DNA from: Nitrosopumilaceae archaeon
Lineage (GTDB): Archaea > Thermoproteota > Nitrososphaeria > Nitrososphaerales > Nitrosopumilaceae
DNA: 64,000 bases
Direction: 5' to 3'
Assembly (NCBI GenBank): GCA_965207375.1
Contig: OZ242274.1
Coordinates: 256,001-320,000 of the forward strand
Shown piece by piece: positions 8,983-19,228 of the stretch (position 1 is the stretch's first letter; each line of letters begins with the position of its first letter). The notes under the pieces are model-generated. The model had not been told where the DNA came from. It worked only from the letters and a program-made list of their open reading frames with translations, and ran no database searches. A program made the position numbers and the translations under genes.

Positions 8983-9201
8983 AGCTAAAGCATTATTTTT
9001 CTGCACTAATTTACAAGTAAACAAAATAACAAAATTCTGCCATACAAAAAGTAGATTCACAATTGTATTGGAATGTCTTTGCCGATCACATGTTTTGTAT
9101 AAGTACAAACAGACGTACAGCATCAGATCGAATTTATGAAATGATCCGTATCAATTAGATGATACCATTTTGTTATCTGCGTAACTTGTTACTAAAACAG
9201 A

Positions 9202-9911
9202 TCAGCGTGATGTACGCTTGCGTCTTGCATGTATGATACATGCTTCTGCAGCATCATCTAGACGCTTGAATAATTTTTTGTAAATGTTTGTTGGATAGTT
9301 ATTGTGACGCAGTGCCTTGTATAGACCTGCCTTGAATTCGGTGATATTTTGATATACGGTATTACTTATCTCAGATTTTGTAACACCCCACTTACCCTCT
9401 ATGTCATTCATGTGGGGAGAGCCAGTGGGCAGATATATTGGCACTGTTTCTGGATTTTTCTTAAACCATTTTTTTACCTTTTTGGATTTGTGATATGATG
9501 CTTTATCCATCACAATTACTGTGGGTCCCATTGTCCGTTGCATATCTCGTAAAAATTCTATAAACGTAGGTGAATTAAATTTAGGTTTTATACGAAACAT
9601 AAATCGTCCGTCTTCTACCATGGCACCAATTATAGGCACTTTTTGCTTTGTACCGGTGTATGTGGCATACAGTCTCGTACCGCGTTTGCAATATCCATAT
9701 CTGGATTCAGAATCAATTTCAACTGATGCCTCATCTAGGGCAACAAGTTTGTAGCCCTGTTTCTGCAGTTTTCTAATCTTTGGAAGATTCTTTTTACGCC
9801 AGATGTCTGCTTCCTCGTTTGTAGCTGCACGTACATGAACCGGCATAATTTTTTTGAAGGTATGGCCGTTTTTGGCCAATATCCTTCGTATTCCTGATTT
9901 GCTGTATCTTT
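9202..9911 (-). pseudogene. 5'-truncated IS630-family transposase
   Basis: ALDEAS, MDKASYH and LPTGSPHMNDIE motifs; only the tail of the HTH region remains. Confidence 0.8.
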
Positions 9912-10272
9912 GGATGCCTTTATTGAATTAGATACATAACTCTAGGGGATTTTTAAGAGTCGATCCTAAAAGACCCCATGTTGATGTATTGTATAATCCG
10001 CCTTTAAGATCCAACATAAGCAGTATGTGGGGGGATTTTTTTTTCATAGAATGTTTGTTACCTGCAATCTAATTTTCATATTGTATAATGAATTACAATA
10101 TTTTGTAAATTTAAGCCTTCTTTTGCATAATTTTATATCATTTTTTGTCCATAATTGTAAATATATGCATATAGATTTAATATAATAACACTAAATTTTC
10201 AACCTTAAAAAATTAAGTAATACTAAACTTGATATTAGGATTTTTTATGTACATTTTGGAGCAAAATTTCTC

Positions 10273-11484
10273 ATGACCAAAGTCACACTACAGTGCAGAG
10301 AATGTAAAAAGGACTATGAGTCTGTATTCAAGTATATCTGTGATGACTGTTTTGGACCCTTAGATGTCAAATACGACTTTCCATCCGTTTCCAAAGATAC
10401 CTTTGCAAACCGTGAGCAAACCTACTGGAGATATTTTGAACTATTACCCATTATAGACAAATCAAATATTGTCAGTATTGGTGCTGGCATGACACCACTT
10501 GTAAAAGCCGATAAACTTGGCAAGGCGTTGGGCCTCAACAACTTGTATATCAAAAACGATTCTGTAAATCCAACATTTTCATTCAAGGACAGACCTGCAG
10601 GTGTAGCAGTGTCTAAAGCAAAGGAGTTTGGATTATCTGCAGTAGGATGCGCATCTACTGGCAATTTAGCATCTGCAACTGCAGCTCATGCAGCTAAGGG
10701 CGGATTTCCATGTCATGTTTTTGCACCAAGCGACATTGAGCTAGCAAAAATCGCCCAAGCTCTTTCTTATGGTGCCAATTTCTTTGCAATTGATGGAACC
10801 TATGATACTGCAAATACCATTGCTGCTCAAATTGGCGATTCAAAAAATATTGGCATTGTAAATATTAACATGCGTTCTTATTATGTTGAAGGCTCAAAAA
10901 CTCTGGCCTTTGAGGTAGCCGAACAGCTTGACTGGCAGGTACCTGATCAATTAATTGTCCCTGTCGGCAGCGGTGCAATGCTTAATGCAATTTGCAAAGG
11001 CTTTGAGGAATTACAACAGGTATCCTTACTTGGTGACGTATCTGATATGAGAATCATGGCAGCTCAGCCTCAAGGATGTGCTCCTGTAGTTGAAGCATTT
11101 AAGAAAAACACATCCGTGATTCCAGTTGAGGATCCTCAAACCGTTGCTAAAAGTCTAGCAATAGGTGATCCAGGAGATGGACGATACGTACTGAATCGTC
11201 TTGCACAATACAATGGATACGCCGAACAGGCAAATGACAAGGAAATTCTTGACGCAATTGTATTACTGGCCAAGACAGAAGGCATATTCACAGAACCTGC
11301 AGGCGGCGTCTGCGTTTCTGTTTTACAAAAAATGGTACAGCAAGGCAAAATCGATAAAAATGACCACACAGTCTGTTATATAACAGGCAACGGACTCAAA
11401 TCAACAGAGTCTTTGATGCAGGTTTTACAAAGACCTCAAACGATGCAACCTGATTTGGCAAAAATAACAGCGGCGGTAAAATAA
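10273..11484 (+). CDS. thrC: Threonine synthase (PLP fold II)
   Basis: NPTFSFKDR, ASTGN, PVGSG and TGNGLK motifs. Confidence 0.88.
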   Translation: MTKVTLQCRECKKDYESVFKYICDDCFGPLDVKYDFPSVSKDTFANREQTYWRYFELLPIIDKSNIVSIGAGMTPLVKADKLGKALGLNNLYIKNDSVNPTFSFKDRPAGVAVSKAKEFGLSAVGCASTGNLASATAAHAAKGGFPCHVFAPSDIELAKIAQALSYGANFFAIDGTYDTANTIAAQIGDSKNIGIVNINMRSYYVEGSKTLAFEVAEQLDWQVPDQLIVPVGSGAMLNAICKGFEELQQVSLLGDVSDMRIMAAQPQGCAPVVEAFKKNTSVIPVEDPQTVAKSLAIGDPGDGRYVLNRLAQYNGYAEQANDKEILDAIVLLAKTEGIFTEPAGGVCVSVLQKMVQQGKIDKNDHTVCYITGNGLKSTESLMQVLQRPQTMQPDLAKITAAVK

Positions 11485-12807
11485 GTGGCAGATATAGCAT
11501 TTACAGTTCCATCCGTTTTAAACCAAGGTAAGGGAGAAATCAAACATGATATCTCTGCAGATTCCCTACAGGATGCGTTTACCAAAATAGCCCAAATCAT
11601 GGGCGATGACTTTAAACGACGAGTGTTAGAGGCAGATGAGAGTCCGCGCTCTCTGATTAATGTGTATATTAATGGAAAAAATGCCAAATTCTCAGGTGGC
11701 ATGCAAACTGATCTCAAAGACGGCGACCAAATCTATATTCTTCCTGCCGTTGCAGGAGGCTCGCAGGATCTTTCAAGTAAGGAACTTGACAGATTTTCAC
11801 GCCAGGTAATGTTGGAGCAGATAGGATACGAAGGACAACTCAAGCTAAAAAACTCCAAGGTATGCGTTGTGGGAACAGGTGGATTGGGAAATCCTATAAC
11901 CTCACGTCTTGCTGCAATGGGCGTAGGAACACTGCGCATAGTTGACAGGGATGTAATTGAGCTTTCCAACCTTCCAAGGCAAACAATGTTTGACGAGTCC
12001 GATATAGGTACCGTAAAGGTAGAGGCTGCCTCCAACAAACTCAAAAAACTAAATCCGGATTGTGACGTGCAGGCACTTGCAGTCTCAGTTAATGATTATA
12101 CTGCTTTTGAGGTTGTACAAGGCTGCGATGTTGTCATAGATGCATTGGACAGTGTAAATGCACGATACGCATTAAACAAGGCATGTGTAAATCTTGAAAT
12201 TCCGTTTGTTACGGGTGCCGCAGTAGGTGTATCAGGACAGGCATTTACCGTACTTCCTGGCAAATCTGCATGCTATCATTGTATGTTTCCTGCCCTAGAT
12301 GAGGACTCGATGCCCACATGCAGCATTGAAGGTGTACATCCTTCGATTCTTTCAATTGTTGGAGGCATTGAGGTTGCAGAAGCCGTCAAAATCATTTTGG
12401 GTCAAGAGCCTAGTCTGTCTGAGAAAATACTGCACATCGACTTGGAAAATCTTGATTTTTCAAACGTGAAAACCTTTAGAGTCGACGAATGTCCCATATG
12501 TGGAACGGGCACAATACCCGATACTCCAAAAGAGGAATTGATTCTTGAGGAGCTGTGTGGTAGAAATCATGGAAAAAGAACATTTTCAATTACACCCACA
12601 CTTACCTTTGATCTTGATGTTACAAGAGTTGCAGCTGCTGCAAAAACTAGAGGTCTTAGTATCGATAACCAGGGTGAGCTAGGATTATCATTACGCAATA
12701 ATGATTTTTCTGTTAGTTTTATGAAAAAGGGCTCTGCCGTTGTGGTAGGTCCAAAAGATGAGGCTGAGGCAATTGCACTGTATAACAGTCTTGTAGCCAA
12801 ACAGTAA
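11485..12807 (+). CDS. MoaD/ThiS ubiquitin-like domain fused to a MoeB/ThiF E1 adenylyltransferase
   Basis: ILPAVAGG followed by RFSRQ, GTGGLG, SNLPRQ and CYHC..CPIC motifs. Confidence 0.9.
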   Translation: MADIAFTVPSVLNQGKGEIKHDISADSLQDAFTKIAQIMGDDFKRRVLEADESPRSLINVYINGKNAKFSGGMQTDLKDGDQIYILPAVAGGSQDLSSKELDRFSRQVMLEQIGYEGQLKLKNSKVCVVGTGGLGNPITSRLAAMGVGTLRIVDRDVIELSNLPRQTMFDESDIGTVKVEAASNKLKKLNPDCDVQALAVSVNDYTAFEVVQGCDVVIDALDSVNARYALNKACVNLEIPFVTGAAVGVSGQAFTVLPGKSACYHCMFPALDEDSMPTCSIEGVHPSILSIVGGIEVAEAVKIILGQEPSLSEKILHIDLENLDFSNVKTFRVDECPICGTGTIPDTPKEELILEELCGRNHGKRTFSITPTLTFDLDVTRVAAAAKTRGLSIDNQGELGLSLRNNDFSVSFMKKGSAVVVGPKDEAEAIALYNSLVAKQ

Positions 12808-12937
12808 TCTGCTTTGGGTATACACGATTTGATGTATAATTACAGTATATTTCATGCACAAGAATTTTTCACTTTGTCAAATCAGGCACAAATTTGGAGA
12901 CTAAAGTAATTAATATCACAAAATCTCAACATGCATT

Positions 12938-13462
12938 ATGTATAATTCGGGAGGAGCAGTCGACACTCTTAACATGTTATTTGACAAGCTTGAGGCTCTA
13001 TTTGATGAATCTCAAGGATACTATGAGACATTTTTAGATACAAACAATTTGTACAAACAAGGACAGCTCTCAGATAAGGAATTTTTCCAAAAGTTAGGGG
13101 ATTATACGGTGGCTTATTCTGCCTTGGAATTTTTAGCAATAAAGGTACTCTTTGAGGTTAGAAAATCACTTGGTCCAGGTACAGGTACCCAGTCTCCGGG
13201 TTTAATGCCCGGCATGGGACAGCCCGGAATCATGCCTGGTGCTGCTCCGCCACAAGTCGGTACCGTAGATAATCCCGTAGGCGGCCCGCCAGGAATTGTT
13301 TCTGCTCAACAAGGATTTGGAGAAGCAGGAACCCTGCCTACACCTGATCCAAATTTAATGCCAAGACGTCAGACAACTGCACCTAGTAACGGATGTCCAT
13401 CATGTGGTGTGTCACTCAGACCCAACGCAAAGTTTTGTGTACAGTGTGGCAACAAGGTTTAA
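12938..13462 (+). CDS. Zinc-ribbon domain protein with Pro/Gly-rich linker
   Basis: C-terminal CPSCG..AKFCVQCG. Confidence 0.8.
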   Translation: MYNSGGAVDTLNMLFDKLEALFDESQGYYETFLDTNNLYKQGQLSDKEFFQKLGDYTVAYSALEFLAIKVLFEVRKSLGPGTGTQSPGLMPGMGQPGIMPGAAPPQVGTVDNPVGGPPGIVSAQQGFGEAGTLPTPDPNLMPRRQTTAPSNGCPSCGVSLRPNAKFCVQCGNKV

Positions 13463-13821
13463 TCTTGTGTTGAACCGCAATCTGGGCAGAATTTTGCACT
13501 AGCTGAAATTTTTTCGCCACACTCTGAACAGAATTTTGTATCTGCATCTATTTTTTCAAACTGATTTCCATAGACCTTTGAGTTTAGTACAGCCCCGCTT
13601 GGCTCGTATTTGTCATCATCAATAATGTTTACCGGCTCAAAGTCTTGCTCTGTAGTAAACGTCATAATTCTGGGAATGGTTTTTTCTTTGTCTTGCGGGT
13701 CTGGTACCATGTCTCCTAACCAAAATGCAAATCTCATAAGGGTAAGCTCTGGAGTTGAAAATGCTAATGTGTGGGCTGACATATAGTCCTGCGCTGCCTT
13801 TTTTCCATCAAATACCTTCAT
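13459..13821 (-). CDS. Zinc-ribbon domain protein
   Basis: C-terminal FCSECG..AKFCPDCG. Confidence 0.8.
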   Translation of the reverse strand: MKVFDGKKAAQDYMSAHTLAFSTPELTLMRFAFWLGDMVPDPQDKEKTIPRIMTFTTEQDFEPVNIIDDDKYEPSGAVLNSKVYGNQFEKIDADTKFCSECGEKISASAKFCPDCGSTQD

Positions 13822-14096
13822 GAATCTACTGTTTTTAGTTTATGTATAATAGTTTTTAGAGACAAGAAAGTGATTGTATCTTTGATTTTTTTGTCAATTA
13901 TTTCTGCAGACACGCAGGGACCATCTATTTTTCAGGCACAAAATTTCTTTTGAAAAACACTTGCATAAATTTGAAAACTATATGTTGTGCACTAAATTAA
14001 CAATCACATCTACTATAAAGTCATATCATATTTTGCTACAGTCTGCCTTGCAGATTCTTGTTGCATTTGGCCTGTGACATCTTTACAAAAACTAAG

Positions 14097-14168
14097 TGGA
14101 CCGAGAGGGAGTCGCACCCTCGACCTCCGCGTTGCGAACGCGGCATTATGCTCCTAAACCATCGGCCC
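14097..14168 (-). tRNA. tRNA-Ala(CGC)
   Basis: Acceptor GGGCCGA/TCGGTCC with G3:U70; anticodon arm CCGCG-TTCGCAA-CGCGG. Confidence 0.85.
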
Positions 14169-14242
14169 TAAACAGCACGATTTTACCTCCTCTTTTATTC
14201 ATTTACTCAACGCATAATAGCAATAAAATTTCTTACAAAATC

Positions 14243-15631
14243 ATGACAGTTGATTCTGTTGTTGTAGGCTCTCATGTTGTTTTACCAAACGGCATAGTTG
14301 AGAAAAATATCGTAATTGATCAGGGCAAAGTGATTGCTTTGACCAATGACATTCCTTTATGTGATAATAAAATCAAGGCAGATGGCTTGGTATCTATCCC
14401 CGGACCAATTGACACCCATGTTCATTACGGTGTTTATTCTCCTATAGATCAAGCAGCAGTTACCGAATCTCATGCTGCAGCAATCGGCGGCATTACAACA
14501 ATGATGCGAATGCTACGATTAGGCAGTTCTTATAAAAACGACTTGACAGCTCAGCTTGATGCAAGTGCAAATTCTCATTATGTTGATTATACAGCTCATG
14601 CATCAATTTTTAACAATAATCAAATTAATGAAATGAAATATTGCACCGAACAGGGAATCACCTCCTTCAAATTATACATGAATCTTGGTTCTGATATAGG
14701 ACATGTTTACATGGACATGAATCCGTATTCGACAACTCTTTTTGATGCTCATGTCGATGTAACTAGTGAAATTGTAAGAAATACAGTAAAAATGGCAGCA
14801 CATCTTCGGTGCCCCGTTTTGGTTCATGCCGAAGACTATGAGTCGTGTTCATGTGGAATTAAAACTGCAAAAGAAAAAAACCAGGACGGACTACCTGCAT
14901 GGTCTCATAGTCGTCCTCCTGAATCAGAAGCCAAGGCAATTGCAACCATATCTGAGTATGCACGAGAATTCAACTGTGTCATCTATTTTGTTCATATTGG
15001 TTCTGCTACTGCCTTGGAACAAATTAAAAAAGAAAAACAAAAAGGCACTAAAATTTTTGTAGAATCATGTCCACACTATATGACTCTCTCTTATGAGAAA
15101 CAGCAGGGCTATCTTGCCAAGGTTATGCCTCCGATCCGTTCAGAATCTGATGTTAAAGCAGTCTGGAACGCCATTTTATCTAATCAAATCAATACAATCG
15201 GCACCGATCATGTTGCAAATCAACTCAAACTAAAACTTGGAGAAGATGTATGGGATGCACTAGCAGGCTTTCCGGGTATAGGTACAGTATTGCCTATTTT
15301 ATTGAGTGAAGGCGTCAACCGTGACAGAATTTCTTTGCAGCATCTAGTCCAATTGACCAGCTATAATGCTGCAAACATTTTTGGCATGTATCCAAAAAAA
15401 GGCTCCCTTGAACCAGGATTTGATGCAGATGTGGCCATAATTGATTTGAAATTAGAACAAAAAGTTAACAATGAGCTGTTTGGCGGCTTTTCTGATTATC
15501 TTGTGTATGAGGGATGGAATCTCAAAGGATGGCCGATTAAAACTATGGTTCGTGGTCAACTTGTAGCCGAAGATTTTGAGGTTATAGGCAAAAAGGGTCA
15601 TGGCCAACTAGTGATGCGACCGTCTACGTAA
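14243..15631 (+). CDS. Dihydroorotase/allantoinase-like cyclic amidohydrolase
   Basis: PGPIDTHVH, SFKLYM, VHAE and GTDH motifs; start moved to ATG 14243 because the longer ORF overlaps the tRNA. Confidence 0.87.
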   Translation: MTVDSVVVGSHVVLPNGIVEKNIVIDQGKVIALTNDIPLCDNKIKADGLVSIPGPIDTHVHYGVYSPIDQAAVTESHAAAIGGITTMMRMLRLGSSYKNDLTAQLDASANSHYVDYTAHASIFNNNQINEMKYCTEQGITSFKLYMNLGSDIGHVYMDMNPYSTTLFDAHVDVTSEIVRNTVKMAAHLRCPVLVHAEDYESCSCGIKTAKEKNQDGLPAWSHSRPPESEAKAIATISEYAREFNCVIYFVHIGSATALEQIKKEKQKGTKIFVESCPHYMTLSYEKQQGYLAKVMPPIRSESDVKAVWNAILSNQINTIGTDHVANQLKLKLGEDVWDALAGFPGIGTVLPILLSEGVNRDRISLQHLVQLTSYNAANIFGMYPKKGSLEPGFDADVAIIDLKLEQKVNNELFGGFSDYLVYEGWNLKGWPIKTMVRGQLVAEDFEVIGKKGHGQLVMRPST

Positions 15632-15758
15632 TTGGTTATTTTGTGTACCTAATGTTGTTTTGATATTGTGATAATATGAAAATTTCATACCTGAAAAATT
15701 TACGACCAGAGTTTGTACGTGCATTTTACTACATAAACACATGCAGACTTGATGTGCA

Positions 15759-16097
15759 TCAGCCAATCAAATCAATCAAAATCTTTTTGATTTTATCGTG
15801 TGTTGTCTTGTTTATTGTGCCAATCTTCATACGTACCAACTCATTGCTAACACTGAAAACCCTGTCAACCTTAATCTTGCTGTCTGCAATAAGATGTCCC
15901 TTATCCAGACTGTTATCCTTTAACAATAAATCGTATCTTCTTTTTTTGAAATTTGTTGTAAGTGGAACTGCTATGAAATCTTTGTGTGTTTTATTGTATG
16001 CATTTTTGGATATGACTATTGCAGGTCTTACCTTGGATGCTTTCATATCAGAAAAGGGAAACGACAAAAGAACAATGTCCCTTTGATAGACATTCAT
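15759..16097 (-). CDS. mazF: MazF/PemK-family toxin
   Basis: QRDIVLLSFPFSD..KVRPAIVIS..AVPLTT. Confidence 0.9.
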   Translation of the reverse strand: MNVYQRDIVLLSFPFSDMKASKVRPAIVISKNAYNKTHKDFIAVPLTTNFKKRRYDLLLKDNSLDKGHLIADSKIKVDRVFSVSNELVRMKIGTINKTTHDKIKKILIDLIG

Positions 16098-16378
16098 TTT
16101 TGTTTCATGTATTGGTTCCAGATCTCGTCATCTTTGTTGGACCAGAGTCGTTTTAATGACTCTTCAGAAAACTCTTGAAGATCCTTAAACTCATCTTGCA
16201 TCTTCTTTGCTAGAGCGTCTGCTTTTTCTATAAGAATGCGCTTACCTTTTTTTATCAAAATAATGTTATCCCCTTTTTTCAAACCTAGATCTTTTTGAAT
16301 ATCCGACGGTAATGCGATCTGGCCCTTTGCAGAAACTTTGATTGTCTTAAATTTTATCTCGTTACTGAGTGTTGTCAT
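16094..16378 (-). CDS. AbrB/MazE/SpoVT antitoxin
   Basis: KVSAKGQIALPSDIQKDLGLKKGD; overlaps the toxin start by 4 bp. Confidence 0.88.
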   Translation of the reverse strand: MTTLSNEIKFKTIKVSAKGQIALPSDIQKDLGLKKGDNIILIKKGKRILIEKADALAKKMQDEFKDLQEFSEESLKRLWSNKDDEIWNQYMKQK

Positions 16379-16383
16379 ATTAG

Positions 16384-16403
16384 AAGTAAGAATTTTCTTA
16401 CTT
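16384..16403. promoter_or_regulatory. Palindromic operator of the TA operon
   Basis: AAGTAAGAA-TT-TTCTTACTT between a TATA-like box and the antitoxin ATG. Confidence 0.7.
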
Positions 16404-16422
16404 ATAAAAATAATGACTTGTA

Positions 16423-16506
16423 CAGCTAAACGAAATGTGACTCGAATTCTTACCCTTGTCTCTGTTCATTTCGGGGTAGATGGGTAAAAACGACGTTAAC
16501 ACTTAC
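16423..16506. mobile_element. Partial CAG-family MITE followed by an isolated IS66-type end
   Basis: CAGCTAAACGAAATGTGA.. at 16423; 16484-16506 is the exact reverse complement of 35708-35730. Confidence 0.65.
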
Positions 16507-16555
16507 GAATATATTCTGCTTTCAGATAGATGTCATGTATAATCTGTATGTCATT

Positions 16556-17233
16556 TTATTGTATGATGTCAAATCTTCCACCGGTTTTGGCCTTGTAAAT
16601 CACATCTGGCCTTTTAGTAAATATTCCTACCTCCATTACTCCTGCCATTTGGATTATTGTGTTTGCTAACTGCTTTGGATTTTTTATCGTACCAAAATCA
16701 CAATCAAGAATAATATTTCCATTTTCTGACAAAAACGGATATCCTCGGTCTAGTGTTCTGACCTGTGCATTTCCACCAATTTTGTCCACTAGTCTCGAAA
16801 CTGTCCTTCTTGCATGTGGGTGAACCTCGACTGGAATTGCTCTGTTGATGTTTTTTACAAATTTAGTTTTATCTGCCATAATTACGACCTTTTTTGCAGC
16901 ATTGATCAAAATATTTTCCCGCAGTAATGCGCCTCCTCCACCCTTTACCAAATACTTTTGAGCATCAATTTGATCTGCCCCATCAAATACTAGATCAATT
17001 TTTTCAACCTGATCCATTTCTATTAGCGGTATTGCATTTTTTTCTGCAATCATTTTGATTTGCAGTGATGTTGGAATTCCTTGCACGTTGATATTTTTTG
17101 CCTTGATGTATCTTCCCAAAGACTTTACAAATGCACTAGCCGCCCTGCCGCTACCTAATCCTAACACCTGCCCGTCTTTTACAAATCTTAACGCATCTAT
17201 AGATAATGCATTAATTGCATCATCATATGACAA
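16556..17233 (-). CDS. rpiA: Ribose-5-phosphate isomerase A
   Basis: GLGSG, DGADQ and KGGGGALLRE motifs. Confidence 0.95.
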   Translation of the reverse strand: MSYDDAINALSIDALRFVKDGQVLGLGSGRAASAFVKSLGRYIKAKNINVQGIPTSLQIKMIAEKNAIPLIEMDQVEKIDLVFDGADQIDAQKYLVKGGGGALLRENILINAAKKVVIMADKTKFVKNINRAIPVEVHPHARRTVSRLVDKIGGNAQVRTLDRGYPFLSENGNIILDCDFGTIKNPKQLANTIIQMAGVMEVGIFTKRPDVIYKAKTGGRFDIIQ

Positions 17234-18046
17234 TTATTCTACCTCGGCCTGTGATAAACTTTTAAGTTCCTTTAAAATTTTTGCCTTGATTTTTTCTATA
17301 TCTTCATCATCTGTTGACTCTTCCTGTACCCCTGTGGGCTTTTCTTTTGTCACTTTTACAATTGGTACCTCCTGCTTTTCTTTTGTCTCTTTTACAACCG
17401 GTATCTCTGGTTCTGGAATTACCTGTTCTGTATTTTTAAACGGATATGGTGTACCTTTCTTTGGTATTGTTGTCAGTGTTGTAATTTCCATCTGTTTTTT
17501 CAAAGCCTGGCTTACTGTATTTTTGTCAAACTTGAATGTGTCTTGCATCTTTTTGATTGGATCTGACTTTTCCTTACTATATACATCAAACTTTGTATCT
17601 TGTGTTTTTTTGGTTGGACTTTGCTTTACATCTTTTTGGATTGGTGGTTGTGTGATCTTTGCAGATAATTCATACAGTCTGCTGTCTAGCTGCGATAATT
17701 TCTGATCCATCAGGGTAATCAAACCGTCTCCTACAGGACCCAAATCCGGATGACGTCGGGCCTCCTCTAATCTTTCTAATTTGGCAAGAATGATTCCAAG
17801 TTGGTGTTGGTATTTTAGCAACAGTTTGTCTTTTTGAATATTTGATACATCTGAATCATTCTCATACAATCTTGCAATTGTCTTGTTCAAAATATCCTTT
17901 TCAATTTTAAGTGAATTTATTTGATTTTTGATATGCGCACTTGTACCTATGCTTTGTAATTTGGTTCTGTTTCTTGGAAATTTTTTTACAGCTACTGCTG
18001 ATGCTGCTCCTGCTATCGAACTAAGTAGAATTACTAATTCTTGCAT
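17234..18046 (-). CDS. Hypothetical membrane-anchored coiled-coil protein
   Basis: N-terminal hydrophobic helix, coiled coil; co-oriented with rpl37e and rpiA. Confidence 0.75.
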   Translation of the reverse strand: MQELVILLSSIAGAASAVAVKKFPRNRTKLQSIGTSAHIKNQINSLKIEKDILNKTIARLYENDSDVSNIQKDKLLLKYQHQLGIILAKLERLEEARRHPDLGPVGDGLITLMDQKLSQLDSRLYELSAKITQPPIQKDVKQSPTKKTQDTKFDVYSKEKSDPIKKMQDTFKFDKNTVSQALKKQMEITTLTTIPKKGTPYPFKNTEQVIPEPEIPVVKETKEKQEVPIVKVTKEKPTGVQEESTDDEDIEKIKAKILKELKSLSQAEVE

Positions 18047-18214
18047 CTATGTGTACCATTTGATCCAAGAGTATTTACGGATTTTTGCCTCTGGAAAGCC
18101 ACAACTAGCACATTTATGGTGACGCTTGTGCAACGAGTTTTTACCGCACCGCCTGCATCTAATGTGGACCTTTTTCTTGGTAAAACCACCCATTGATGTT
18201 GTGCCTTTTACCAT
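18047..18214 (-). CDS. rpl37e: 50S ribosomal protein L37e (not in the ORF track)
   Basis: Hand translation [55 protein letters not shown]; downstream of SmAP. Confidence 0.95.
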   Translation of the reverse strand: MVKGTTSMGGFTKKKVHIRCRRCGKNSLHKRHHKCASCGFPEAKIRKYSWIKWYT

Positions 18215-18225
18215 GATTAATCACT

Positions 18226-18459
18226 CTATGATGATGGAGGTGGAGAAATCATTACCACATTGTCTCCTCGTACAACTATGGTTCCCAAAGTCTTTGAATC
18301 GCCTTCAGAAGGGATCTCTTCTGATTGGTCGAGTAGCAGATTCATGTGTTGGTCAAATCCGAGTAAGCTTCCACGGATAGTCTTGCCGCCTTTTAGCTTT
18401 ATCAGGACTACCTTGCTGATGCTTTCATCTAGTACTTTTACTGCCATATCTACGGACAT
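18226..18459 (-). CDS. Sm-like archaeal protein (LSm/SmAP)
   Basis: [14 protein letters not shown] and [11 protein letters not shown] motifs. Confidence 0.95.
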   Translation of the reverse strand: MSVDMAVKVLDESISKVVLIKLKGGKTIRGSLLGFDQHMNLLLDQSEEIPSEGDSKTLGTIVVRGDNVVMISPPPSS

Positions 18460-18504
18460 TTATTTCACTTATTGACCCTCATAATGAGGCATTATATTAA
18501 AATT

Positions 18505-19224
18505 TCATTGGTGTAACTTGGTCTTTTGTTCAGTAAGACAAGTTTGACACGTTTTGCTCAAATTTTTGATGATTTCTGACAAAATTTTTACCCCCTCCTT
18601 TTTTGTAGCCCTTCTCGGATCGCCCCAAATTCCGTTTTTGGTAACCTTTGGAAACGATTTTGAGGCTAGCTTGCGTGCTTTTTTTAACTCCATGGGGCCA
18701 AGTCTGTCTTCATCTAATCCCTTTTTTGCTAGTCTCATCTTGACATTTTTTGAGACAGCTAGCATCAATGAGGTTTCAACATGACCTGCATGATCAAACC
18801 GCCTCTTCATAAAATGCCAATATGAAAATACATGGATTTTACCCCCAGAAACCTTTTTGCTAATTTGACTCGTAGCTTTTTGATTCCCGTGATGTCCGTT
18901 TATGACAAAGATATTTTTGATTCCATTTGATTCTAGCGATTCACAAATATCAATAATTTGTTTTTGTAGTGTGATGTCCCTTACACTCAGTTGAAATAGT
19001 GGTGCATGCTCAAATGATACTCCGTATGTAATAGTTGGCAGTACAAGTGCACCAATTTTTTTACCCACTTTATTTGCAACTCTTGTTACTATTTCTGAAT
19101 CTGTCGTAATTGGCAGGTGTGACCCGTGTTGTTCTATGGATCCTACAGGAATTATTGCAGCTAGTTTTTTTTGTTTTATTTTTTTTCTTAATTGCGGATC
19201 AAACCAGGTAAAGGAATCCGTCAT
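18505..19224 (-). CDS. Creatininase-family amidohydrolase (ArfB-like)
   Basis: PVGSIEQHGSHLP, NGHHGN and DHAGHVETS motifs. Confidence 0.88.
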   Translation of the reverse strand: MTDSFTWFDPQLRKKIKQKKLAAIIPVGSIEQHGSHLPITTDSEIVTRVANKVGKKIGALVLPTITYGVSFEHAPLFQLSVRDITLQKQIIDICESLESNGIKNIFVINGHHGNQKATSQISKKVSGGKIHVFSYWHFMKRRFDHAGHVETSLMLAVSKNVKMRLAKKGLDEDRLGPMELKKARKLASKSFPKVTKNGIWGDPRRATKKEGVKILSEIIKNLSKTCQTCLTEQKTKLHQ

Positions 19225-19228
19225 TGAA

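Noticed and set aside
9928-10047. 39-aa minus-strand ORF with A9 and C6 runs
   Set aside because: No similarity to the MKTLH leader and no support for coding
14096-14242. N-terminal extension of the amidohydrolase ORF
   Set aside because: It overlaps tRNA-Ala(CGC) on the opposite strand; the real start is ATG 14243
15676-17705. Antisense ORFs (for example 15676-16086 and 17055-17705) and similar ones across the window
   Set aside because: They overlap well-supported genes on the opposite strand and lack motifs
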